Assembly (NCBI GenBank): GCA_012523055.1
Contig: JAAYJG010000168.1
Location: forward strand, 1 to 38,677
Length of the DNA stretch: 38,677 nt
Direction: 5' to 3'
Source: Ruminiclostridium sp.
GTDB taxonomy: Bacteria > Bacillota > Clostridia > DSM-8532
A program made the translations under genes and the position numbers. The notes beneath the pieces were generated by a model, which did not search any database, was not told the origin of the DNA, and saw only the letters and a program-made list of their open reading frames with translations. Positions 27,679-36,099 of this stretch are shown here, in pieces (the first letter of the stretch is position 1; each line of letters begins with the position of its first letter).

Positions 27679-30279
27679 ATGGCGAAGTTTGATTTTGGCT
27701 CCGAGATTCTGTGTGTAGACTTTCATCTACATACACGGCGTGATAAGGAATTTGCGTACGCTGGTGAAGAAAACAGCTTCGTCGGAGACTTTGTCGATGC
27801 GTTAAAGCAAAAAGGAGTCAGCGTCGGCGTGATTACGAATCACAACAAGTTCGATTCCGGCGAATACAAAGCCCTTCGTAAAAAGGCAAAGCAGGGTGAT
27901 ATATTCCTCTTGCCCGGCGTGGAGCTTTCCATCAAGGAAGGAAGTAATGGGCTGCATACGCTCATCGTGTTCAATCCCGATGAATGGATCAACAACGGTG
28001 ATGACTCTATCAACAGCTTTATCACTGCCGCCTTTCAAGGTATCCCGAATCATGAAAACGCCAACACCCGTTGCTTATACGACGTTCGCACAGCGCTTGA
28101 AACACTGGAGCGTTATGGCAAGGACTACTTCGTTGTATTCGCCCATGTAGAACAGGACAATGGGCTTATCAAAGAATGCGGCGGCGGCTTAATTCAATCA
28201 CTCGCTCAAATTGAGTTATTCCAGGAGCGCGTGCTAGGCGTTCAAAAACTCCGCACACTCGACAATATCCCGAAGTTGCAACAGTGGCTTGGTTACGACA
28301 TAGCTCGTGTCGAAGGATCTGACCCTAAGCGGATTGAGGATATCGGCAAGGACTGCTGCCAGACATACATAAAACTGGGCGAATATTCGTTTGATGCATT
28401 GAAGTACGCCCTTATCGACCATGAAAATAGGGTGTTTGACAACTGCGAGCACCTACGGCACAGCTACATAGAGTCCATCAGCTTCACGGGCGGCAAGCTC
28501 AATGACGTCGTGCTGAACTTGTCGCCCCAGCTTAATACTCTGATCGGGATTCGGGGAAGTGGAAAATCTTCAATTCTTGAAGTTTTGCGCTGGGTACTGG
28601 GTATAGACGCTTCGGCAGACAAACAGTACAAAAACAGACTTGTCGAATTTGTTTTGGGATCGGGCGGCAAAGCTGCTGTGCGCGCCGTTGACCAGCACGG
28701 TCGAAAATATGATATTTCAAAGATTAACGGTGACCGCGCATATATTACCGACGCGGCTGCTGGCGGCGATGTTACCGCTTCAGTTGGCTCACTGATCAAA
28801 AATCCCCTATATTTCGGCCAGAAAGATTTGGCGCGTTCAGACACGGAAGAAAACTACGAGAAGAAGTTGCTGGACAAGCTACTCGGCGGTAGAATCCCTG
28901 CCGCCGACTTGGGACAAGTGGAAACCCAGCTTACGGAAGCCATAAAGAACCTACTGGATGTCACGCAGATTCCTGAAAAAATCAAGGAGCTTGAGCTACA
29001 GAACGCTGACCTTGACCACAAGCTCAAAATTTTCGTGGATAAGGGCATCACTCAGAAGTTAGAGAAACAGACTGAATTCGGCGCAGATAAAGCCAAGCTC
29101 GAAGGCGCAATCGGAATTATCCAAGCTATCCATACAAGGTTGGTTGCATTTACACAATCAGCCGCACTCGAGGATGCCTTACTTGCCTCGTATACCTCGA
29201 AATATAACCCAGAATTGTTCACAAGGGCGCAAGCTGTCATCGAACGCATTGCCGAAATTCTCCAGAAGATTTCCGACCTCTCAACAGCGTTGAGTACTGA
29301 AAAAGACGCGCTCATTGGGATACAAACAGAGCTGACACAGCTTATCGAAGGGCTAAAAGACGAGTTTTCCCAAATCCAGCGTGAAATCAATGACGACACC
29401 CTTGACCTCAAGGGTTATCTGAAATACACGCAAGATAGAGCAAAAAATGTTGTGGAAATCGAACGGTTCAAACGCGAAGCGACGTCGACAGATGCAATCA
29501 AAACACGAATCCTCGGTCTCGCCCGCCAGCGCAACGAAGCTCTGATGGCAGTTTTCCGCGCATACGAAGCGGAAATCAACAGGTTGAACGAAAGGCAAGA
29601 TGCCTTGGCAATAAGTATCACTTTCAAAGGCAATACCGAAGCCCTATTACAGTTGGTTAGGAGAACATTCCAAGGGACAGCTATCCGTAGCGCAGAAACC
29701 AAGTCTGAGCAGATATGTGCTGCGCTGCCAGATGGCGTTGCCGTCCTGATGGATATTCTCCTTGATAACGGTAATAAGTTAACAAAAATCCTTGTGGATG
29801 CAGAGTACACGAAGTTCATAGAAAAAGTGCTGAGTGACTACGCATCATTCATCAGATGTTGGAGTGGAGACCGTATCGATATTCTTTACCATAGCAAGCC
29901 TCTGCGCGAGCATTCTCTTGGACAGCGAGCGTCCGCTTTGGCACTGACCATCCTCACTCAAGACGACAGTGACATCATTATCATAGATCAGCCGGAAGAC
30001 GATCTGGACAATCAGGTGGTTTACCGAGAATTCATCAAGACAGTGAAAGCCAAGAAGCCGAGCGTCCAGTTTATCTTTGCCACGCACAACCCTAACATTC
30101 CTGTTCTCGGTGATGCGGAGCGAGTAATTGCGACGTTATATACCGAACAATCAATTACGCCAACCGTGGGCAACATCGACAATGCCGAATCTCACAAACT
30201 CATTGTTGACATTATGGAGGGCGGACAGGAAGCATTCAAACGTAGGAATGATATCTATAAAGCTTGGCACAAACAGTAG
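27679..30279 (+). CDS. PHP-phosphoesterase domain fused to SMC/RecF-class ABC ATPase with coiled-coil insertion (candidate single-gene defence protein)
   Basis: ATG 27679 follows AGGGGG. The PHP ligand pattern is DFHLHT, ITNHN, GVELS, GLHTL and FAHVE. Walker A is GIRGSGKSS. A heptad-rich segment of about 250 aa follows. Then come LGQRASALAL, Walker B IIIIDQPEDDLD and ATHNPNIP. Confidence 0.8.
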   Translation: MAKFDFGSEILCVDFHLHTRRDKEFAYAGEENSFVGDFVDALKQKGVSVGVITNHNKFDSGEYKALRKKAKQGDIFLLPGVELSIKEGSNGLHTLIVFNPDEWINNGDDSINSFITAAFQGIPNHENANTRCLYDVRTALETLERYGKDYFVVFAHVEQDNGLIKECGGGLIQSLAQIELFQERVLGVQKLRTLDNIPKLQQWLGYDIARVEGSDPKRIEDIGKDCCQTYIKLGEYSFDALKYALIDHENRVFDNCEHLRHSYIESISFTGGKLNDVVLNLSPQLNTLIGIRGSGKSSILEVLRWVLGIDASADKQYKNRLVEFVLGSGGKAAVRAVDQHGRKYDISKINGDRAYITDAAAGGDVTASVGSLIKNPLYFGQKDLARSDTEENYEKKLLDKLLGGRIPAADLGQVETQLTEAIKNLLDVTQIPEKIKELELQNADLDHKLKIFVDKGITQKLEKQTEFGADKAKLEGAIGIIQAIHTRLVAFTQSAALEDALLASYTSKYNPELFTRAQAVIERIAEILQKISDLSTALSTEKDALIGIQTELTQLIEGLKDEFSQIQREINDDTLDLKGYLKYTQDRAKNVVEIERFKREATSTDAIKTRILGLARQRNEALMAVFRAYEAEINRLNERQDALAISITFKGNTEALLQLVRRTFQGTAIRSAETKSEQICAALPDGVAVLMDILLDNGNKLTKILVDAEYTKFIEKVLSDYASFIRCWSGDRIDILYHSKPLREHSLGQRASALALTILTQDDSDIIIIDQPEDDLDNQVVYREFIKTVKAKKPSVQFIFATHNPNIPVLGDAERVIATLYTEQSITPTVGNIDNAESHKLIVDIMEGGQEAFKRRNDIYKAWHKQ

Positions 30280-30290
30280 AAAATGACATA

Positions 30291-30316
30291 ACTTTTAGGG
30301 GTGATGATGAGATATG
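30291..30316 (+). repeat. direct repeat copy 2 (ACTTTTAGGGGTGATGATGAGATATG)
   Basis: See copy 1. Here the terminal ATG is the start codon of the KAP NTPase gene. Confidence 0.9.
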
Positions 30317-32212
30317 TGGAACGACGTAGAAACAACGCAAGATTTTCTTAACTTTTCCGTAATTGCAAAAACAGTTGCTGAGTTGATTTCTGAATCAGGT
30401 GGACAACCTATCTCCATAGGCGTTTCAGGCAGTTGGGGAGCAGGAAAATCGTCTATGGTAAAAATGATTGGTGAAGCGCTTAAGCTCAAAGACGATGGTA
30501 AGGAAGACAAAGAAAAAAACTATGTTTTCTTAGAGTTTAATGCTTGGCTTTATCAAGGCTATGATGATGCTAGAGCAGCCTTATTACAGGCTGTTTCAGA
30601 TAAGCTCCTTGAAGAAAGTAAAAAGCGTTGTAATCCAGCAAATGATCTCACCAATAAGGTGAAGGGCTTTATTAAGCGGATCAACTGGCTTCAAGTGGCA
30701 AAGCTTGTTGTTCCATTATCGTTGGGACTGATTCCGGGTGGTGTTGCCGTCGGAGGACTAGCTTCCCTGATAGGTGCTGTTTCCAACCTTGCTCAAAATA
30801 AAGACACAGAAGCGCAGACCGAAAAAAGCGAAGCGGTTAGTGAGGCATTTGATGCCCTCGGACCTGAAATGAAGGAACTGCTGAAAGATAATGCGTCAAA
30901 ATCTACCCCTCAGCAGATAGAGAAACTCAGAGCCGATTTTGCTGATCTTCTTAAAGAATTGAACATCACATTGGTCATCTTGGTGGATGATTTAGACCGT
31001 TGTTTACCTTCAACGGCCATCTCCACCCTTGAAGCAATGCGACTTCTCCTTTTTGTTGAGAGGACAGCGTTCATTATCGCCGCAGATGAGCAAATGATTC
31101 GCAACAGTGTAAGAGCGCATTTTGCAAATGTTGAGTTGTCAGAAGGACTTGTGACAAGCTATTTTGACAAGTTAATTCAAATTCCCCTGTCTGTTCCACA
31201 TTTAGGCGTTGCAGAAGTCAAGATATACTTGGTGATGTTGTTTGCAGAACTATCACAAAGAAAAGGTGAGATAAATAAAGATATTTGGGAGAAGGCCAAG
31301 GCGGATTTATTATCCCTGTTATCCAGTGCTTGGCAGGGCGGCATACCCAAAGCGAAGATTGAAAAGGTTTTCGATGATTCTTCCGCGGAAAAGGTACGGA
31401 AATACATAGATTTAGCAGAGCAGCTTGCCGGGATTATGGTTACCGCAGACCATATAAATGGGAATCCTCGCCTCATCAAGCGGTTCTTGAATAATTTGAT
31501 AATAAGAGAAAAAGTAGCTCGCCTAAATGGTATGACAATTGACTTCGGAGGACTTGTCAAGATGCAACTGTTTGAGCGCTGTGCTTCTCCTGCGGCGTTT
31601 GAAGACCTCGTGAAAAAATCGGTCGAATCACAAGACGGAAAATTAATTTTTCTTCAGGAAATAGAAGCGAAAGTAGCCAGCGGAGAGGATTATGACACGG
31701 AAGATTCAAACTGGAAGTCACCATTTATTAAAGAATGGCTAAAACTTGAACCGAAGCTTGGCGATGCTGATATCAGACCTTTGCTGTATTTGAGTCGAGA
31801 CAGGTCTTTATCACTGGCTGCATATGATGAGCTCTCAAAAGAAGCGATTGAAATTTTATCTGCCTTGGCTGCTGTAGATAAAGACATAATCAAAGCTCTT
31901 GTGGATAAAATCAAAGAAATTGGTGAAATGGAAGCCGAAAGGTTGTTAGTCAGACTCGGGCGAATAGGTAGCGGCAGTCAATGGGAAAAGAAAACTCTTA
32001 TTGCTACATTGCATATCACCGAAGCTTATCCCAACTTAGGTAGTAGGCTTGTTAATTTACTAGATACTATCCCGGCGAAGACACGGAAAGTAGCTTTTAT
32101 TCCGCTACTGCTTGATAAACCGTGGGCATCGGAAATGTTGACCAGATGGAACAACGATATTAATACACCTCAGGTAGTAAAAAACGCCATAAATGCGAAA
32201 GGAGGAAAATAA
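30314..32212 (+). CDS. KAP family P-loop NTPase (QatA-like)
   Basis: Walker A is GVSGSWGAGKSS. It has the KAP hallmark FLEFNAWLYQGYDD, a hydrophobic insertion inside the NTPase domain (VAKLVVPLSLGLIPGGVAVGGLASLIGAV) and Walker B LVILVDDLDRCLP. Confidence 0.85.
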   Translation: MWNDVETTQDFLNFSVIAKTVAELISESGGQPISIGVSGSWGAGKSSMVKMIGEALKLKDDGKEDKEKNYVFLEFNAWLYQGYDDARAALLQAVSDKLLEESKKRCNPANDLTNKVKGFIKRINWLQVAKLVVPLSLGLIPGGVAVGGLASLIGAVSNLAQNKDTEAQTEKSEAVSEAFDALGPEMKELLKDNASKSTPQQIEKLRADFADLLKELNITLVILVDDLDRCLPSTAISTLEAMRLLLFVERTAFIIAADEQMIRNSVRAHFANVELSEGLVTSYFDKLIQIPLSVPHLGVAEVKIYLVMLFAELSQRKGEINKDIWEKAKADLLSLLSSAWQGGIPKAKIEKVFDDSSAEKVRKYIDLAEQLAGIMVTADHINGNPRLIKRFLNNLIIREKVARLNGMTIDFGGLVKMQLFERCASPAAFEDLVKKSVESQDGKLIFLQEIEAKVASGEDYDTEDSNWKSPFIKEWLKLEPKLGDADIRPLLYLSRDRSLSLAAYDELSKEAIEILSALAAVDKDIIKALVDKIKEIGEMEAERLLVRLGRIGSGSQWEKKTLIATLHITEAYPNLGSRLVNLLDTIPAKTRKVAFIPLLLDKPWASEMLTRWNNDINTPQVVKNAINAKGGK

Positions 32213-32216
32213 ATCT

Positions 32217-33029
32217 ATGGGAACATCTGCATCACATAACGGGCCAAAGTCTGGCGTTTCATTTGACCCCCCGTGGTTAGATGATATTGATAATCCAGAT
32301 GTACCTGCAGACCCTACGCAAAATCCTCAGCCAGCACCTGTATTGCCGCCACTTGCACCCCCTGCACGATTTAAGAGTGCACGCCGCAGCATGGGCGATT
32401 ACATAAGGAGCGGTAGCCGAGAGTCTTTGGCAAAATCCCTTGGACATTATTCGCGTACTGGTATGGGAGGCGCACGAAATGTAGCGAACCATATGCGCCA
32501 TTCCGCGAGTATTGCATCAAAACTGTATTCCTCATTTAGCTCACTTCGAGAGGGTAATGAACCTACAATAAGCAGTATTATCAGTAATTACAGGGCAGCA
32601 AATGCTGATATATATGGGCTGATTGACGCAATTGCAGAGTATATTTGCGCAGACGGAGGAAGTTTAGATGAAACATCTCCAAAAGATTCTGTTTCTTCGG
32701 CATTAAGCGACCTGTTTGACAAAAGTCCTGATGTTGATATTACTAATCTTTCAGATGATAGTGTCTGGTCATTAGTTTCATCGTTCCTCGGTTACGAAGC
32801 TTTCAGCAGAGTTCAACTTTACATCGGTCAAGGGTTTGAAACAAATGATGTTTCTCTTACCGACCGCATAACGAGACTTAACGATATGCGCGAGTATTTG
32901 GAGTCTGAGATTAGTTCTCAGATAGGAGTTATCCGTAATGAAATAGGAGACAAGCCGCCGTCAGACCTGCAAAAAGTTATGATGACTGCAATAGAAAGGA
33001 CTTTCAAAGTATTCGAGGTGACAGTATGA
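32217..33029 (+). CDS. hypothetical protein (QatB-position), Gly2 N-terminus and Pro-rich linker
   Basis: ATG 32217 has AAAGGAGG 8 nt upstream and lies 4 nt after the KAP gene stop. The product starts MGTSASHNGPKSG..., then a Pro-rich tract NPQPAPVLPPLAPPARF and a helical C-terminal domain. Its stop overlaps the next start (ATGA). Confidence 0.7.
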   Translation: MGTSASHNGPKSGVSFDPPWLDDIDNPDVPADPTQNPQPAPVLPPLAPPARFKSARRSMGDYIRSGSRESLAKSLGHYSRTGMGGARNVANHMRHSASIASKLYSSFSSLREGNEPTISSIISNYRAANADIYGLIDAIAEYICADGGSLDETSPKDSVSSALSDLFDKSPDVDITNLSDDSVWSLVSSFLGYEAFSRVQLYIGQGFETNDVSLTDRITRLNDMREYLESEISSQIGVIRNEIGDKPPSDLQKVMMTAIERTFKVFEVTV

Positions 33030-34291
33030 AAAAAATAATATGTTATCCGCACTCCTCGGTTCCAACTCATTTTGACGATGATATTGACTACTTTGAACTA
33101 TTTTCGCACTCAAATGTCTCTCGTTCGAATATCAGCTCATTAGGGCTTTCACTACCTCGCGAGCTAAGAAGGTATCGTATTGTACCTCCCATTTCGGCGA
33201 TTGATTTTGCTGCATTTGCAATTTCCATCGTCGCTGCTGACAAGTTAGTTTCGAGATCTGACAGCCCAGATGGATGGACAAGAATGATAGACTTAACTAT
33301 ATTTCTGTCCGAACCAGAAAAATGGAAGCCAATAAAAATAACAATTGAGAAAATGCTTAAATTTCTCACAGGGGATTTTTGGACGCTGTCTTTCCAATTA
33401 GCAGAAGCACCAGCGATTCAGCCCAGATATGAACCGCTTAAACGCGAGAATGATTGTGTTTGCCTTCTTTCAGGGGGCGTGGACAGCTTGGCTGGCGCAA
33501 TAGACTTGTTATCTGAAAAGCGAAGTCCTTTGTTTGTGTCACAGATTATCACAGGGGATGGAGAACGACAGCGTAATTTTGCTAACCGTTTTGGTGAGCA
33601 TAACCACTGCCAATGGAGTATTGGAAAACTCAGAGGAACAGAGGGATCAACTCGTGCTCGTTCCATTGCATTTTTCGCTTTTGCTCTCTTGGCGTCTTCC
33701 GCAATTTCGACATCAGGCAATATTGCAGAAATTGTTGTGCCAGAAAACGGGTTTATCAGCTTGAATGTGCCATTAGATTCTAATCGAATTGGGAGCTTAA
33801 GCACAAAGACTACACATCCTGTTTATATGACATTGCTTCAAGAAATTTGGGATGCACTTGGGATAAATGCAAAACTTATTTTGCCTTATAAATTTAAGAC
33901 TAAGGGTGAGGTTCTTAAGGAATGTAAAGATAGGCAACTGTTAGAAGAATTGGTTTTTGCATCGAATAGTTGTGGTAAATTTAGGCGTCATGGACTGAGG
34001 CATTGCGGAGTATGCGTGCCTTGTCTTGTGAGAAGAGCGGCCTTTTTAGAAGCAGGACTTCAAGACACCACGGAAAAGGGCTATCGATATGAGGACATCA
34101 GTAAGTCCAACTCAAAGGATTTGGCTGCCGTTGCATTAGCCGCTAAACAGGTTGAGCTTTCAGGTATAAATAGATTTATTAAGGGGAACTTGTCTTTTGC
34201 CAATCCTGATGACAGAAATTCTTATTTAGAAGTGGTTTTGCGCGGTATCAATGAACTTGAAAATCTAATGAGAGGCTATAAAATATTATGA
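33026..34291 (+). CDS. QueC-like PP-loop ATPase with about 145-aa N-terminal extension (QatC-like)
   Basis: The PP-loop CLLSGGVDSLAG lies at about aa 147-158. A C-terminal Cys cluster, SCGKFRRHGLRHCGVCVPCLVRRAAF, resembles the QueC zinc site. ATGA overlaps link it to both neighbours. Confidence 0.8.
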   Translation: MKKIICYPHSSVPTHFDDDIDYFELFSHSNVSRSNISSLGLSLPRELRRYRIVPPISAIDFAAFAISIVAADKLVSRSDSPDGWTRMIDLTIFLSEPEKWKPIKITIEKMLKFLTGDFWTLSFQLAEAPAIQPRYEPLKRENDCVCLLSGGVDSLAGAIDLLSEKRSPLFVSQIITGDGERQRNFANRFGEHNHCQWSIGKLRGTEGSTRARSIAFFAFALLASSAISTSGNIAEIVVPENGFISLNVPLDSNRIGSLSTKTTHPVYMTLLQEIWDALGINAKLILPYKFKTKGEVLKECKDRQLLEELVFASNSCGKFRRHGLRHCGVCVPCLVRRAAFLEAGLQDTTEKGYRYEDISKSNSKDLAAVALAAKQVELSGINRFIKGNLSFANPDDRNSYLEVVLRGINELENLMRGYKIL

Positions 34292-35019
34292 TAGACCTGC
34301 ACTGCCACCTTGATTTATATAAAGACCCGCTTTCATTACTCCCCGAAGTCAAAAGACGTTGTAAATATGTGCTTGCAGTTACCACCAGTCCACGCGCTTG
34401 GCAAAAGACAAAGCAAGTATTTGCAGGAATTGACTGCGTTCAGGTAGCACTTGGTCTGCACCCAGAAGTCCTTTTATCAAAAATGAATGAAATTGATATG
34501 TTGTTGTCAAACATCAGCCACTGCAAATATATTGGCGAGGTTGGAATAGATGGGTCGGATCAATACAAGTCGTCTTATCATGCACAAAAGGATTTTTTCA
34601 GGGAAGTTGCTCGAGCTACTGAAAATAACGGTGGTAAAATAATAAGCATACATTCAAGAAATGCAGTGAAAGATGTTCTGGATATTATCGAAAGTGATAT
34701 CGTGACCAGCAAACCAGTTTTGCACTGGTTCTCCGGAACTATCGAAGAACTTGAACGAGCAGTTTCTTTGGGTTGCTGGTTTAGCGTTAATCCTGCAATG
34801 CTCACTGGGAAAAAGGGTAGAAGTCTCGTTTCAAAAATGCCGCTTTCAAAAATACTGCCCGAGACTGATGCTCCATTTACAGAAAAACGGGGAATTCCTT
34901 ATAAGCCTTGGGAAGCCATTGAAATAGTCGATACACTTAAAGTTATTTTCGGTGTCGAAACTGAGACATTAAGGAATAAAATGTTTTCAAACCTTGAAGC
35001 GCTAATAGGTCAAAGTTAA
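34288..35019 (+). CDS. TatD family metal-dependent hydrolase/DNase (QatD-like)
   Basis: TatD metal-ligand pattern: MIDLHCHLD, GEVGIDG, ISIHSR, LHWFSG and PETDAPF. Confidence 0.85.
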   Translation: MIDLHCHLDLYKDPLSLLPEVKRRCKYVLAVTTSPRAWQKTKQVFAGIDCVQVALGLHPEVLLSKMNEIDMLLSNISHCKYIGEVGIDGSDQYKSSYHAQKDFFREVARATENNGGKIISIHSRNAVKDVLDIIESDIVTSKPVLHWFSGTIEELERAVSLGCWFSVNPAMLTGKKGRSLVSKMPLSKILPETDAPFTEKRGIPYKPWEAIEIVDTLKVIFGVETETLRNKMFSNLEALIGQS

Positions 35020-35038
35020 CTTTAGACAATTACAAAAG

Positions 35039-35075
35039 CGGCAACTATCGAATGATAGTGCCGCTCTTGCATTTC
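35039..35075. terminator. terminator hairpin after the TatD-like gene
   Basis: 12-bp stem with one bulged A (35039-35051 / 35056-35067) and loop GAAT. CTTGCATTT follows on the plus strand. On the minus strand TTTTGTAATT follows, so it may act in both directions. Confidence 0.5.
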
Positions 35076-35089
35076 CGTATCGGTTTGGG

Positions 35090-35115
35090 GTATGGTTCAA
35101 TAAGTTTCCCTATTA
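35090..35115. repeat. candidate attR (GGGTAT core plus outer arm GGTTCAATAAGTTTCCCTAT)
   Basis: This is the inverted partner of 11341-11360 (16 of 20 positions). It lies 89 nt from the stop of the HisJ-type gene. Confidence 0.45.
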
Positions 35116-35203
35116 AACCGCGCCTTTTGGCTTCCCTTTTTGATTAATGGGCGTTCCATTTATTTCTATAACCGCTCTGCCAGTATACAGTAAGTTCGCT
35201 GAC

Positions 35204-36031
35204 TTACAATGGCACATCCTGCCATATATTGTCTAAGAGAATTCTTTGATGGGTGTAGCCAAGGGATTTCAACTTTTCGACAGCCTGGAGATAATATGCG
35301 TCGATCTTATCGGGGTGGTGCGCATCAGAATTTAGTACCAGGGGAATGTTTCGTTCCCGCATACAGGCTAAAATCCAATCAGACGGGTACATTTCAGAGG
35401 TATACCCCCGGGCAATCCCTCCGGTGTTTACCTCGACAATAACTTGTTGCTCCGTAATCGCGTCCAGGACTCCTTCAACAGCCTTTCGGTACCAGCTTTC
35501 GCTTTCGTTAAAGAAACGATTGCCACTATTGTTTTTTTTCAGAATGTCCAGGTGTCCCAGAATAGAGGGGGCCTGCTGATAGAGCATATCAGTCAGAAGC
35601 TGATAATACTTCTCAACCAGTTCCCGTGCCTCACCGTGAAAAACTACATCTCTGGTTTCCTGGAACTCCTCCGGGGTGCCATCCAAAGCCATATACCTTT
35701 GCCCTGCGGCGTGATAAATGAAATGCACAGAACCTATGGTGTAATCAAGGCCTGGATAACCGCGGTAATCCACTACGCCGGGGTAAAAGTCGGTTTCAAG
35801 GCCAACATAGACCTGTATCTGACCACGGTACTTTTCTTTCAGACCAAGAACCGTCTGCATGTATTGCTTAAGTTTGCCAGGTTTCATTGTCCAGCAGGTT
35901 TCAAAATGAACAGGCGCATGGCTTGAAATCCCGATAGCGGGAAATTTTTTGCGGATGGCGGAAAGAATATAGTCCTCCGGTGCCATACTCCCATCACAAA
36001 AATGGCTGTGGGTATGATATGTTGTAAACAT
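35204..36031 (-). CDS. hisJ: histidinol-phosphatase, PHP family (HisJ/HisK type)
   Basis: 275-aa ORF with GGAGA upstream. It has the N-terminal motif YHTHSHFCDGS, plus SSHAP, GLETD, GSVH and NSDAHHP, typical of HisJ-family PHP phosphatases. Confidence 0.8.
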   Translation of the reverse strand: MFTTYHTHSHFCDGSMAPEDYILSAIRKKFPAIGISSHAPVHFETCWTMKPGKLKQYMQTVLGLKEKYRGQIQVYVGLETDFYPGVVDYRGYPGLDYTIGSVHFIYHAAGQRYMALDGTPEEFQETRDVVFHGEARELVEKYYQLLTDMLYQQAPSILGHLDILKKNNSGNRFFNESESWYRKAVEGVLDAITEQQVIVEVNTGGIARGYTSEMYPSDWILACMRERNIPLVLNSDAHHPDKIDAYYLQAVEKLKSLGYTHQRILLDNIWQDVPL

Positions 36032-36099
36032 GATTTCTCCTGATAAAGTTATTTTTGGGTGATGTTTGTTTCTGCGTGTTTGTTAGATGTTGGGTTCTT

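Larger units (their letters stand above)
11361..35095. mobile_element. integrated serine-recombinase element (about 23.7 kb) carrying defence cargo; boundaries inferred
   Basis: A large serine recombinase lies at the left end, with a RepA-like ATPase and iteron-like repeats. No housekeeping genes lie inside. Candidate att half-sites flank it. Backbone genes resume on both sides. Confidence 0.6.

Noticed and set aside
35204-36031. PHP-domain gene as part of the defence island (it shares the PHP fold with the N-terminus of the 27679 gene)
   Set aside because: It has the full HisJ-type histidinol-phosphatase motif set and size, lies outside the inferred attR, is on the opposite strand, and looks like a housekeeping backbone gene.
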